From NCBI RefSeq assembly GCF_006345805.1, contig NC_043002.1, positions 25,668,001 through 25,732,000 on the forward strand: a stretch of DNA of 64,000 nt. The letters are read 5' to 3'. Source of the stretch: Octopus sinensis (Eukaryota). The notes under the pieces are model-generated. The model worked only from the letters and a program-made list of their open reading frames with translations. It was not told the origin of the DNA and made no database searches. Below are positions 11,592 through 25,370 of the stretch, piece after piece; position 1 is the first letter of the stretch; every line of letters starts with the position of its first letter. Both the position numbers and the translations under genes were made by a program.

Positions 11592-12564
11592 TGTATGTAT
11601 GTATGTATGTATGTATGTATCTATCTATCTATCTATCTATCTATACGCACATACACATACACACGCATACACATACACACACACTTAGTGAGATAGAAAT
11701 AGAGAAAGAGAGAGAGAGAGTAAGATAGAAAGAGAGAGTGAAAGTGATAAATACGTATTTATGGATACATATACGTATATTTATAGTTGTTTGTCACTTT
11801 GAACATACGCCTATACATACATGTCACATGTGCATGTATATACACAAACTATTATATAATTATACACGCACGCGCACATGCGTACGCATAATTCCTCTGC
11901 TGATATGTAAGACCTAGTGCTGCTTTCATACATGCAATCGCACCGCTAGGTCAGCGTAAACCACATTCTTACTTATTAATAATCAGGTCAATATTTACGC
12001 TTTGCAGCAGATCCAACAGAAATCATTATTGTGAAACTTTTAAGTGACTATTATAAGTGATATTTCAAGAAATATCTCTAAAACATACACACAAAAAAAG
12101 AGAGGAAAAAAACAGGTTTCTAGTGATATTTCTTATTGTGAAACAGTTACAAAAACATTTGTTGATTTTGTGCTGAAGGAAAAACTTAACATTTTTTTAA
12201 CTGAAAAATCGTCAATTCAGAAAGTGTTTTTCTTTATTTTGATTTCATTATTTCATTATATTTTCAATGATTTATTTTTCTACATTTATTTATGTTATTT
12301 TATGTTTTTCTCTTGGATTGGTTATTGTGTTTATATTAATGCACCTCTTTCCCAATGTTGCTGTCGTTGTCGTTGTTATTGTTGTTGTTGAAAGAGTCCG
12401 TTACTGCATTGGATGAAAATGTCTTGCGGTATTTACGTATGCTTGCCTACATTCTGAGTTCAAATCTCGTAGCGTTAAACTTTCAGGATCGTCAAAATAA
12501 AATATCAGTCAAAAGCTGGGTGAGATGGGGTGTCAATATAATCAACTAAACCCTTTCCTAAATT

Positions 12565-13300
12565 TCAGGCCTTACTTTAGCAGCTCACGATCAAGCGTTA
12601 AAAACAAAGAACTTGAGAAAATATGTGTATGGGGAGAAGATATTAGAAAAATGTAGAGTGTATGTATTTTGGGATGAAATAATGGCACACATTGTTGCAG
12701 AATGGACCAAGTTGATTCAAGGCGAATATAAGAAAAGGAGGCATGACCAGGTTATGAAAGTTTGGTACTGAAAGCTTTGTCAGAAATGAGGAGTTGAAAC
12801 TGTAAGTACTTGGTATGGTCACCGTGTTGAAAGAGTACTTGAATCGAAGAAATAAAAGATTTTTATGAGATTTTCTTATTCATACGGATAAACGCTTGAA
12901 AATAATAAACCAGATATAAGAATAATCGACAAAGAGAAGCGATGCTGGTTACTAATTGATCCATCATGTCCATTTGATTCCAGGATTGCCAAGAAAGAAG
13001 GTGAAAAATTAAATAAATACAATGCCTTAAAATTTGAAATTGCGAGAATCTGTAAATGTTGTGCCTGTGATAATTGGTGCATTTAGGACTGTGAGTAGTG
13101 TTATAGAAAAGTGGTTGAAGGAGATTAGAATGGAATGTCATGTAGAGCTTTTACAGAAAGTTTACCTCTTAGGGACAGGAAAGATTATCAGAAGGATTTT
13201 GAGCACTTAAAAGATTATTGAAAGCTTGTGGATATCTGAGACAGTAATCTGCTACCCAAATATATTCTTCTAGGAATAAGAAGAAAACTGTGTCAAATCG
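12565..13300 (+). mobile_element. Degraded R4/Dong family D 3' portion
   Basis: AAHDQALKTKN...NKPDIRIIDKE..LLIDPSCPFDSRIAKKE...KYNALKFEI...LLGTGKIIRRILST*; (AAT/CAA) tail. Confidence 0.78.
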
Positions 13301-13369
13301 AATAATAATAGTGACAACAGCAACAACACACCCCACCAGCACGAAGGTGCAACAAATGATGCAATAGAA

Positions 13370-15770
13370 AGTTGCTTGAAACTTTCAGATGTCGAAAAAT
13401 AATAGTGGTGGTGACAATCGTGACGAACGTTACCTTACCTCAGTTTATGAGAGACAGAAGTTTCCGAAGAAACTTTTGTTGTAACAGCGAAAATGAAACG
13501 ACCATTAAGGAAAGGCGTCTCGCTCGGCAGTGGTTTAGTAAGGATGCAGACTAACCATAGCTGTTATCCTAATACAGCATCAGCTGATAATAGAGCAAGG
13601 AGTAGGAGGTGGACCAGCAAAGAAAATAGGATAGTGATGCAGTGTTACTTAGAAAGTGAACCTAAAAAAGGGGCTAAAAAACCCCAGATGTTTGGGTAGA
13701 GAAGGGTATGTTTAAAGTGACTGAGCAGAGATTAGTTGATCAAGCTAATACTATTAGGAGAAGAAAGTGGATGACAGAATTGGAGGTAGAAGAAATCACA
13801 AGGGAACTGAAAAAGAAAGACCAGGCAGTGGGAAAGACAAACAACATAAGAGATAGAGCGCAAACCAAAGAAAAACCTAAAGGAAAAAATAATAATAGCA
13901 CTACCGATAAGGAAGGGACAACTTGCACCAACTACTTAAGTGGTTTAAGTGTGGAAGATCAGAAGATTTTAGATGAATTGCAGGAAGTAATGAGTAAAGA
14001 AGTAAAAAAAAAGATTGCCAGCATTAAAAGGTACCAACAGAAGGAAGCTGATAGATATGACTAAGAAAGTAGATTCTGTTATTAGTAGGAGAGATACTAA
14101 AAATATAGGGGACATCAACTTATTCATCTATGCAAGAGGGGTAGTAATCAGCAGAAAATTAGATATATTGCCGGGAAAGATTAAAAAAAACCCAGATGTG
14201 GAAAAGGAGACGACAAAACAAAGTGAAGACTTTAAGGCAAGATCTGAGAAGAGTAGAAGCCTGGAAAACAAGTTAGGAAGCACAAGATGCAAATCTTCCT
14301 TCGAAAAAAAGATACTTAGTAAAAGAGAAAGGATTTGCGACATAACAGAAGAGTTGAAACAGCGTATCATAGCAGTAGCAGGCAAGCTCTCCAGATATCA
14401 GAAAATAATGGATCAGTATCAACAGAATAGATTATTTGAGACAGACCAACCAAATAACTAGTGGAGAAGAAAGTACTAAAGATGAGAAACCTAATATAGA
14501 AGAAGCTAGAAAGTTCTGGAGTAATATTTGGGATAAGCCAGTCAATCATATTGAAGGTGAAGTATGGTTAAAGAAAATGAAGTAGCGAGTGAGAAGAAGC
14601 TTTTGTAGATTAGACAAAAACTGAATTAGCAAAGCTAGACAAAAGAACTAGGAAGAAATTCAATATGAATGGAGGACTCCACCAAAGGGCAGGGGTAGCA
14701 AGATTATATCTACCTAGAAAGGAAAACAGAAGAGGGTTAATATCAGTAGAAGACTGCATGGAGTTAGCTAGGGTAGATATAGGCTACTATGTAGGTAACA
14801 GTGAAGAAAGTTTATCAAAAATTGCTAGAGTCTCAGCAAGACATAGTGAAACCAAAAACCCGAGCGAAGTTAGAAATCAGGAGAAGGAACAGAAATTATC
14901 TGACTGGCAAGAGAAGGTGTTGCATGGTAGATTCCCAAAGTTGTTGCAAATAGTAGTAGTTAGATATAGTTGTGGTTGCAGAAAGGAAAGCAGAAGAGGG
15001 AGAAAGAAAGTTTTTAGTAGCTGCACAAGATCAAGCGTCAAGAACTAATTGGATAAAAGCCAAAATACACAAAAACCAAGTAGATTTCCAATGCAGATTA
15101 TGCAAATTAAAAGAGGAAAGCGTTACTCATATAATAAGTGAATGTAGCATGCTGGCACAGAAAAATACAAGAAAAGACGTGGCAATCTAGGGTGATTAAT
15201 CCACTGGGAGCTACGTGGAAAGTTAGGATTTGAACATATTAATAAAAGGTATGAACATAAACCTAATAAAGTACTAGAAAGTAATAAATACAAAATGTTC
15301 TGGGGCTTCAACATTCAGAAGTTAGAAGACCTGATTTGTTATTAGTAGATAAAGAGGATAGAAAGTGCCAGATAATTGACTTTACAGTCCCAAATGATAA
15401 AAAAATTAATATGAGAGACATAGAAAAAGTAGAAAAGTACCAGAGCCTAGCCATTGAATTGCAGAGTCTATGGAAAGTGGGGTAATATATATCCCAGTAA
15501 TTATAGGTGCATTGGGAACTATCCCTAAAGATCTGAACTGATGGATAGGGGAAATAAGCATAAAACCCTGTTTAGTACAGCTCCGGAAAACAGTGTTAGT
15601 AGGGACAGCTAGGATAGTTAGGAAGGTTTTTGGCATCTAAGGTTTCTTGCTGTAACCTAATAGGAGGGTTCTTGGCATCTAAGTCTACCTGTTGTTGCCG
15701 GATGTTAGGATTCTTTTCTTTTCCAACAGTCTAATCTGTTGAGTATATATGAAAATAATATTATTGATGA
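13370..15770 (+). mobile_element. Internally deleted R4/Dong family D element (N-terminus joined to post-RT region)
   Basis: RRWTSKENRIVMQCYLES N-terminal motif, EELKQRIIA..QNRLF, then directly LHQRAGVARLYLPRKE..GLISVEDC, CCHC and RLE. No QGD/YMDD RT core in between. Confidence 0.75.
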
Positions 15771-15784
15771 CAATAATAATACGA

Positions 15785-15975
15785 GTTAGCAGAACTGTTA
15801 GAACGCCGGACAGAATAGGGTAGTAGCATTTCGTCCGTTAATTTTCCACCAAGGTCGACTTTACCTTTCATTCTTTCGGGGTTGACAAATTACCAGTCAA
15901 ACACTGGGGTTGATGTAATCGACTAGCTCTCTCACCCTACATTTCAGGCCTTGTGCCTATAGAAGAAAAGATTAC
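15785..15975 (+). mobile_element. S1 SINE
   Basis: gagttagcagaac...aaggtcgactttacctttcattctttcgggg...ggccttgtgcctatagaag. Confidence 0.75.
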
Positions 15976-17285
15976 CATTATTGTTGCTGTTCTCAACTCC
16001 CATAGTGTGAAGGCGTCTTTTTGAATCGCCTGTTAAAACACTTTTTTAAGCATTACGAAATTAATTATGATTTTTAGTACGTGTTGCTCTCGACACACGA
16101 AGGCAGACAGCAAAAGTAAGATGTTTGTTCCACAAATTAAAAACATCATCTATACACTTTACCGTCTCACTTCCAAAATGGCTACCACGAATAATTATGC
16201 CTCACAACAAGAAACTACAATGGCTACAAAACCAACACAAAATCAAAAACCATTACTAAATGTACAAGAAAAAGAATTAATAAAAGAAAATCTCTAAAGT
16301 ATTGAAATAAATAATTTTTTTAAAATCCAGTAGCATTTCATTGCCACAGTAAATAATCTAGCAGCTCTCAAAAGGAAAAATTATATATTTCTGCTTGTGA
16401 AAAGACAGAAGTGGATTATATTTCCCCCCTCACGTCAAGTAGTACAAGTTCTCCAATATGTAAAGAGTAAAAAATATCTAAATTAAAATACGCAAAAGTT
16501 ATGGCATAATTTACTGACACTTTAAAACTGAAAATGCAGCCAAAACAGGTAGAAATTGTCAGACATAATTCTGACTATATACAGAAGTCAAAGAACCACA
16601 AGAATTGCAGCAGGCCTAATAAAAGTTAATCTGTAGTCGGGGGAGTCAAAATGATCTCTCAACTCCTAATGACACTCGAAGGTCACAGAAAAATAGCATA
16701 AGAGTAGAAAACTAAATGCTTGGAAACGAAATACTTGAAATTGTTAATACAGGGTAGAAAGCCTAGTAGTTGTGTTTGCTGGAATGAAATGCACCTTAAA
16801 GCTGAATGCCCTGAAGAACGGAGAAGATTAAGCACAAATGAGGCAAACAAAAATAATGAAGTCAACGACATCAATAACAACAACAACAATAGAAGCAACA
16901 ATAATAACAGAATGGTGCCAAATCTCTGGAGATTGCAAAGGAAATATCTTTCGGCATACGATACGATATTAGGCATAAAAACAGATGAGAAAATACCCCG
17001 TGCTCTAACAATATGATGCTCAACAATTTTATTGTATAATAAGGCAGAAATATTTACAGATGAAAATATAAAATGAGAGAGGAAAAATTTCACAGAAAAA
17101 ACAATACAAACATGAAGCTACGAGAGAAGCATTTCTTCTCAATGACAATGGACCCCCCCCCCAAAAAAAAAAATAATGAAGAAAACGCAAGGATGAGGAT
17201 GAACAAGGATTCATTCGTTATTCGAAAATCAAACTGATAACAGACTAAAATTCGCATCTCTCGTGTTACGGATTCTCTGAAGTTT

Positions 17286-17440
17286 GGACTGTGTGGTAAG
17301 AAGCTTGCTTCTCAACTGCATGGTTCCGGGTTCAGTCCCACTGCATGCTAACTTGAGCAAGTGTCTTCTATTATAGCCTTGGGCTGATCAAAACCTTATG
17401 AGTGGATTTGCTAGACGGAAACTGAAAGAAGCCTTTCATA
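17286..17440 (+). mobile_element. tRNA-derived SINE family S2 (MIR/CORE-like ttgggcaagtgtctt segment)
   Basis: tgtggtaagaagcttgc (A-box-like) ... ggttcagtccc (B-box-like) ... Other copies at 22335-22495 (+), 44300-44410 (-), 44690-44760 (-), 59560-59650 (+), 60110-60260 (-). Confidence 0.75.
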
Positions 17441-17483
17441 TACATACATACATACATATATATATATATATGAATTCTCCCTA

Positions 17484-17567
<84 letters not shown>

Positions 17568-17613
17568 TTATAATTAAGGGTATCTAGCATGGTGGTAGAT
17601 ACCCTTAATTATA
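17568..17613. other. Perfect ~19-bp hairpin between (TA)n tracts
   Basis: TTATAATTAAGGGTATCTA gcatggtgg TAGATACCCTTAATTATAA. Confidence 0.7.
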
Positions 17614-17713
17614 ATTTTAATAATAATTATTACCTATGAGGCTTTTATTTTCATGCTAGCCACTTGATATAATCGGTATTTTAAATAACGATCTTATCCT
17701 TATTATATAAATT

Positions 17714-17795
<82 letters not shown>

Positions 17796-17879
17796 TGTAG
17801 ACACAAATAAGACAGGGTTCCGAAATACCACTTGCTAGAAAGAGGAGTTAACCTCTAAAACCACAAATTGCTCACTATC

Positions 17880-18005
17880 AAGAAACACGCACGGCGAATG
17901 CAATGAACATAATAAAAATAGGCCTTACCTCGTATGAACTACAAAGCAAGAACAGATATAAGCCTATTTTTATTATGTTCATTGCATTTGCTGTGCGTGG
18001 TTCTT
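17880..18005. other. ~45-bp-stem foldback hairpin
   Basis: cacgcacggcgaatgcaatgaacataataaaaataggc pairs with gcctatttttattatgttcattgcatttgctgtgcgtg (36/38), extending outward by about 8 bp. Confidence 0.8.
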
Positions 18006-18129
18006 ATTAGAATCTCACGTGGACAATTTTTGTAATATCTTACAAATCTTCACTGTACCACTAATAGATTGCATTTGGAGAATCCGCGTCAGTTTCTTTT
18101 GCTCTGTTTCCCGTGAAATCGTGTATTTC

Positions 18130-18900
18130 TAGGTTTTGTGCAAAATTGTTGGTACATAACGTAATGCACCTATGATGATAGGTATAAGTGAAAATTCATA
18201 GTCAGGGTACAAGAGCTGTAAGTTCCACATTAATTCGCCATAAATGTTCTCTTATTCTTGGACTTTTAATTGTACATTCTGCTGGGCAGCTGACCTCTAC
18301 AGTAGTGCAAACTTTAGTTGGTGGCAATGACAAGCATTGCTTTTCCCAATTGCCCTCCTATACTTCACATGCTTTCAACGAGGACTTTCCACAATCATTA
18401 AATTGTAGTCTTGATTTCCGCTGATGATGCGTTCCATTAACAAGTTTGCCATATAGCATTTACTTAAGAATCCTCCAATCATCCGTTCGAACAAGACGTC
18501 CATTACAACGTAAACAGTCCTTGTGCACCATCGTGTATTGCGGAGAAGACGTGTTTTGAGATTGATGCAGTCAAGTATTGTCATTAAAACTCGACGGTCT
18601 CAAGGGGGAGTGTACACATGCCTCGCTAACCTGCACAGGCAGTTCCAGTTACTTGAAAAATACCGCTTTGATTTGCATCAGTTGAACTGATAGTCTTAGC
18701 GAAACTTGTTCACAGTTTTGTGTGTAGTTGGCTACATGTACCAGAAATTCTGGATCTGTACACTCAACACAGACGAGACCAATGGACAGGGATTCGGTTA
18801 CTGAAAGTTGAATGGGTCTTTCCTTGCACGGAACATTTCAGGGACCGGATTAACGTTCCTTTTGAGAGGGAACTGACGGAGGCCAACACCAACAACAGGT
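18130..18900 (-). mobile_element. Degraded RTE-clade LINE 3' fragment
   Basis: Frame-shifted RT C-terminal/thumb remnants (..QMLYGKLVNGTHHQRKSRLQFNDC..). Confidence 0.55.
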
Positions 18901-19689
18901 GGTAGGACTCGAGAAAACAAAACAAAACAAAACAAAAAACAACTGAGCAACATTAATTGGTTTTATAAAAGATTTAGCTATAGATAGTGATATAGTACAG
19001 GAGGCGTTCGCCAGTCAATTAGAAGTGGCTGCGTTAGACATGTTGACAGTGGAAGTGTTTTCGATCATTTCTTCGACGTGAAACACGTAGAATACGTTGT
19101 TTCAGTTAGAGCGCATGTCCTGAAATACTTTCTCTGCGCTTTATTTTATCGATTTCAGTATTCCTGAGGGTGATTCTGATCTAATTCTCTGGCTTCAGTT
19201 TCTGTGTCTAATTTTATGTTCTAAATTGTTGTTAATTTGTCTCTTCATGGCACTGTTGGCTAATTCCATTCTTATTTTATGTATTTGTTGAATTTAGGAA
19301 CAATTTTTAATAGGTTCCCCAGTTGGTTTTTATTTTAAAGCCATCTATATGGAGGAAATGATTTATAATTTGTAGTAATCTATAATCAGTGCTAATTTCA
19401 TTCAGCATATTTGTTAACGGAGTCAAAGCTAAGAAAAATAGGAGAGGGACAATGAGTCTTATAGCAAGATTCATTTCCGCACAAGCATAAGACTGCTTTG
19501 AATTAGTTTTTACTTTGCCTTATATGGACATGGTTTTTCATTTTGACAGAGCATAGTTGGTGTATTTTTTTTTCGTATTGCAATGTGGCATATTTCAGTT
19601 GTCAATCTCAGGTATATTTGTTTTGAGGAAATTAATAGTTTTCCCAGCTAGCAGCCATTTACAACTCGATTCTGAATAGTAAGCCACAA

Positions 19690-20030
19690 TCAAGTCATTG
19701 AATGATACCATCAGATATCTATCACTACTAGTCAAAAGTTTCAACCAGAAATTACTGCACTTGTCAATCCAGTGGCTTTCTAGTTACACGAAGCCCTTAA
19801 AATGTTGGTGTGTTCCTTACCGGCAACCGTTGTTTATGTTTGCAGTGCTGATATGTTTTACCTCTGACGCCTTATGTGTTTTCTTTGTTCCTGAATATTC
19901 TTTGCTCCGCATTCCCTCCCAGAACATTTGAATTTCCCTCGGTGATGGTTTGTCTTTCAGTATTAGCTTTTTTTTTGGTGATGCCCCTGTGAAATCTTCT
20001 GATATTTCATTCATATACTTTACTCATCTG
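19690..20030 (-). mobile_element. R4/Dong pre-RT fragment
   Basis: DKPSPREIQMFWEG ... (N)WKATGLDK..FWLK motif, homologous to NWKAPGHDKIPNFWLK in the full copy. Confidence 0.65.
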
Positions 20031-20235
20031 GAAGAAGAAGCGCTCGCGTCAATTGATGCCGCTTTATTCTAAATACTTTGTGTGTGTGTTTGTATGTATT
20101 TGTGTGTGGTGTGTGTATGTATGTGTGTGTGTGTGTGTGTGTGAATGCGTGTCTATTTGTCTGTTTCAATATGTATATATAAATGTATATATATATACAT
20201 ACTCACACACACACATACATACATATATATATATA

Positions 20236-20286
<51 letters not shown>

Positions 20287-21141
20287 AGAGAGAGAGATCA
20301 CAGACAATCCTATTTGTAAACAGAAACCGTTTAAGTTTTGAAATCAAGGCTTTGTCCAGAATCTTATCGGGTTATTTGTGATGCGTTTGCCGATTTCAAT
20401 TAAATATTCAGAAATAAAGGTGCAGGTCACACACAAAGCCACAAGCACAGACACACAGGAACTGAAACCAAGCAGAATAAGAAGAATTTCAACTTAATCT
20501 TCTGAAAGCTTACGTATTTAAATAAATCTATGCTGAAAGGGTTTGTGTCACTGGGACCTAACGTGTTTTGCTGCATTGTATGCTTCTATATACAGGCCTG
20601 CACACATACATATACATACATACATACATACATACATACATACATACATACATACATACATACATACATACATACATACATACATACATACATACATACA
20701 TACGTACAAACATACATACATACATACATACATACATACATACATACATACATACATACATACATACATACATGCTACATGTATACACAATGTATACTCG
20801 TAGCTACAGGTGCTGAAAATGTATGTGCTTGTATGTGTTAGTCAGGTTTGCTGTAATAGCTCTTAATTCCTCTCATAGTTCTCAATTTTCTATTCACTTC
20901 TGTTCTTTTGTGGTTCAGAAATGCTTGGGCGTTCATAAAATGTGAACAAAGTCAGCATCTTTCGGTACACATAAAAGGGATTAACGAATTACCGCTAATA
21001 GATACCTACTTACATGTACATAGATATATAAATAAATGCATACATACATACATACATACATACATACATACATACATACATACATACATACATACATACA
21101 TACATACATACTTACTTACATGTATGATGGTTGTCCATTCC

Positions 21142-21370
21142 TTATGCAGTGTCTGGCGCTAATATCTTAGATCTATCATGGCGTTCGATGTGTTTTTCTT
21201 TTTTTAAACCAGACAATGTTCTGAATAGACACCCACATAGATTGCATATCTGATTTGGATTACCAAGTTCTGCAGTCAAGTTCTGATCTTTGTGCGTATT
21301 AAAATGTCTTTTCAGGTCACCTTTAGATTTGCAGACCTGATGGCATACGCAGCATTGACAGGTTGGACAG
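21142..21370 (-). pseudogene. Relic with two C2H2-type zinc fingers (LINE 3' end or ZNF exon remnant)
   Basis: CCVCHQVCKSKGDLKRHFNTH ... ICNLCGCLFRTLSGLKK..H; second finger damaged; flanked by (TACA)n. Confidence 0.5.
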
Positions 21371-21517
21371 ATATACATACGTATTACATACGTACGTACA
21401 TACTTACATACATATATATGTATATGTAAGTGTGTACATATATATTTCATATATACAATTACAGACATACATATTTATGTTTATATTTATGTGTACACAA
21501 ATAGAAACAGCCTTATT

Positions 21518-21552
<35 letters not shown>

Positions 21553-21744
21553 CATACATATATAAGAATTTTTTGCATAATAAGTTAAAAAACCCAAGGC
21601 TGTATAGATATTAGAGCATTTATAGATAGAAGGTCTTACAGCTGTTTCTAGGATATTGGGGATAATTCCTTACCATTTACACACATACACACACACATAC
21701 ATATATGTATAGTACATATGTATGTGTGTGTGTGTATCTTTGTG

Positions 21745-21940
21745 TCTGTGTTTGTCACCTTTCGCAGCGTGACAATTGGTGTTCGTGTGTTTACATCACC
21801 GTATCTTAGCGGTTTGGCAAAAAAGACCGATAAAATAAGTACTTAGTTTAAGAAACAAGTCCCATGGTCGATTTATTCGACTAAAACCATTCAAGGCGGT
21901 ACTCCAGCATGGCCGCAGTAAAATGGCTGAAACAAGTAAA
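21745..21940 (-). mobile_element. SINE family S3
   Basis: tactgcggccatgctggag...accgctaagatacgg...gtaaacacacg. Related copies at 22540-22700 (-), 43300-43470 (+), 44480-44600 (+), 59690-59830 (-). Confidence 0.7.
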
Positions 21941-22039
21941 AGAATGAAATAATAAAATATCATATATACATTATATATATGCAAATTAAGTACTCCTTCA
22001 TAGAGTAACTGTTGCGTTTGTTGAGTATATAAACAGATT

Positions 22040-22170
22040 GGCTGCTTGTATCTCTGAAGACTGTCAGAATGATGTGGACGCCGCTGATGAGAACTCAATA
22101 AGTTTCGAAAACCGTTTAAGGTTGTTCATAATTTTTTATCAGTCAACGGAGAAATGGCTAATAATAGCCC
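22040..22170 (+). ncRNA. Type I hammerhead-like motif with intact CUGAUGA/GAAA core at the tip of an imperfect hairpin
   Basis: CTGATGA 22084-22090, stem II GAACT caata AGTTTC, GAAA 22107-22110. Flanks pair (TCTCTG/CGGAGA, GACTG/CAGTC, GTGGACGCC/GGTTGTTCAT). Stem III is imperfect. Confidence 0.5.
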
Positions 22171-22268
22171 TGTTTATAATTATACCATATGTTACATATT
22201 CATTATACCGTGTGGAGTAACTGTTGCATTTGTTGAATATATAAACAGTTTGGCTGCTTATATACTCT

Positions 22269-22337
<69 letters not shown>

Positions 22338-23204
22338 CGCAGGAGTGACTGCGTGGTAAATAGGTTACTTACCAACCACATAATTTAGTCGTACTGCGTG
22401 GAACCTTGGGCAAGTGTCTTCTACTATAGCCTCGGGTCGACCAAAGCCTTGTGAGTGGATTTGGTAGGCAGAAGCAGAAAGCAGCTTGTCGTATATATAT
22501 ATGTATGTATGTGTGTTTGTGTGTCTGTGTTTATCCCCCCATCACTTGAAAACCGATGTTGGTGTTCTTACGTCCCGTAACCTGGAGGTTCGGCAAATAG
22601 AACGATAGAATAAGTACTAGGTTTACAAAGAATAAGTCCTGAGGTCGATTTCTTCGACTAAAGGTGGTGCTTCAGCATGGGCGCAGTCAAATGACTGAAA
22701 CACACACACACACACACATATATATACAGTTTTTTATTATCTTTTAGTCGGAATGGAAGGTAATGCCCATGACCATTACAGTTGGAAAGTGGGAAAGAAG
22801 AAGGTATCCTAAATTAGAAGCATGACCCGAATGCTCGCAACAGGATGGACTCCTTTAATGGCACCTAAGGTGTCAGATGCCGGTGTTAAGCAAGGCGACT
22901 GGTTAAGTCTTCTACCGATGTAGGGTGACATAGCGGTTTTTGTACACAGAACACAAAGAGCTGGAACAAATACCACGAAGCATTCTGTCTGACGTATGCT
23001 CTATCGGCCTTTGCCTTTCCCTTGGTTAACATCGGTAGCGTGGAGAGGGGAGGATGGTGTGCATGGACGACTGCTGGTCTTCCATAAACAACAGTACCCG
23101 GACTTGTGTCTTGGAAAAGAAATTTCTGGGTGTAATCCCATGGTCATTCATGACCGAAGACGGTCTTTATCTGTACTCTTTATATGTGTACACACACACA
23201 CACA

Positions 23205-23255
<51 letters not shown>

Positions 23256-23617
23256 CACATATGTACATACGCACATACATATACGTATGCACATATGTGT
23301 GCGTGCATATCTATGCCAGAATACATCCATACAAGTATACATACTATTTGTTTATATACTTATACATACATACAATATATATATTCATTCCAAACGCCAT
23401 TCCCAGTAAGTGACTGATGTTTACAATATAAAATTTTTCAATTATGTTTGCTGACGTAGAGACGTGGACACTGCTATTGTGATATTCTAATGAAAACATT
23501 GTCGAATGACATAGGTTATCGGGTCTTAAAAATTTATCGTACAAATACTTAGAGATATCTTTGTGAAAAGATGTGTGTACATACATGCATACCCATATGC
23601 ATACTAAATCTGTTTAA

Positions 23618-23687
<70 letters not shown>

Positions 23688-24209
23688 ATTTATATCTACA
23701 TACAAACGTGTGTGTGTGTGTGTGTGTGTGAGTGTGTGTGTGTGTGTGTGTGTAAGGGTATTTGTATTCACGGGGAACAAGTTTTATTTTAAACATGCTA
23801 TATTGAAAACGTGACAATGTTGTACTTCAAGGTCTGTTGTTAAAATTTTCTGTTATCTCCCTATCAGCCCTTTATAGCTTATTTCGAACAAGAAAGTTCC
23901 CAAATTCATATATATAAACATTTCCAGGCTATGTCAGCCCCATCATCGGGATGCGGAGTGGTTTTGACTTCTGTACAGTACATTTTAATGGAAATGGATT
24001 ATGTTTATAGAGATTTTCCTACCAGAATTTGATCGTTAGAGCATTAGAATTATGTTAACTGTAGCCTTGCGTTGCGATATTAGTACTGCTTTTATAATTG
24101 ATATTTTTTTGGGTGATTCTGTGAAGTTTAGAAGTATTTTCTATTTACACTACCCTATGCACCATAAAACACATGTAGGTATTGTAATCACCTTCAGATG
24201 CAACATTTA

Positions 24210-24748
24210 AAAAAAATTTCAATGAGCAAATCTTAATATTTTCTGAATTTGTCAAATTCCTTTGTCGAGATATTGTGATCACTAGCATTACTCATGTACG
24301 ACCAATAAGTAGATTTTAGTCTTTCACAACAATATCAGGTTTATGAGCTTTGGTGGTTCTATCGGCATGTACTAGGAAAGCATTAAGAAAATAACAGCAT
24401 CATGAACATCATCATTGTTTGTAGGAACATTTAGGATGATCAAGAAAAGAACTGAAAATTATTTGCGAATGATCCCTGGCTTACAATCCATGCAAGAACT
24501 GCAAAAGATTGCTTCAGTTGGTTCGTAACACATATTGAGAAGAGCATCGTCGCTATGACAACGATTACAACCCATGTAAAATTTTCTTTTCTCGCTTTTC
24601 TTTCTTCTTTCTTTTTTTTCTTGACCTTGTGAATGAATAATCTGGTGTGTTTATTTTAATGGCCTATTAATGTATATAGTGAGTTTCTTTGCCCTAGGCG
24701 CCGAGAAGAGACTCGGCAAGAAATGGAAGCAAAATTGAAAGAAAATCA
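24210..24748 (+). mobile_element. R4/Dong family B 3' fragment
   Basis: GMIKKRTENYLRMIPGLQSMQELQK.. and family B 3' UTR (gccctagg...ctcggcaagaaatggaagc), then (AAT)n. The upstream part, 24210-24420, is in inverted orientation. Confidence 0.72.
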
Positions 24749-24749
24749 C

Positions 24750-24807
<58 letters not shown>

Positions 24808-24820
24808 TATTATTATTATT

Positions 24821-25370
24821 GAGAGAGCAGTGCATGTCATCAAAATGACACTGGAGTACAAATATACGAAGCCCAGTGTACCCAAATGACTACCCGTGTG
24901 ATAAGGGTATACCAGGCGCAACATAACAAACATAAGTGCGCAACATGATGATCTCATATCAAGATAAACAGCGCATGACCTTGCAAGTGGGGCCCAGTTA
25001 GAATTTTCTTCAGGTCGAGTAGCTTATCTCGCTCAAAAGGTCGCTGAATAAGGGTTGTTTAAGGATGTTGAACAAAACACCAATGTTTCCAGAGGTGAAT
25101 TATTCAAATCCCAAAGAATTCCTCTCAGTATATGGCTACGATGCTCTCCCATTACTTCTGCTCGTGATCAGAGATGCACATATCGTCAGCCACTAAGGGA
25201 CATGCTCAACTGGTTATGGTCAAACAACTGACAAGCAAATCTGTGGCATTGAGCAGAATATTTGCTGTAGCCCATCTTTTATACCAAGACAAAACAATGT
25301 ACATGATAACACTTCCAATCAGTTAAGATCAGAAGCCATGAGAGCCAGTTCCTGATACTGCATCAGGGCA
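24821..25370 (-). mobile_element. Retroposon X, full-length copy
   Basis: Reverse complement of 5810-6346; embedded in (ATT)n/(ATC)n. Confidence 0.8.

Noticed and set aside
16720-17016. Gag-like zinc knuckle (CVCWNEMHLKAECP)
   Set aside because: Cys spacing is wrong for CX2CX4HX4C and there is no supporting context; at most a very old ORF1 relic.
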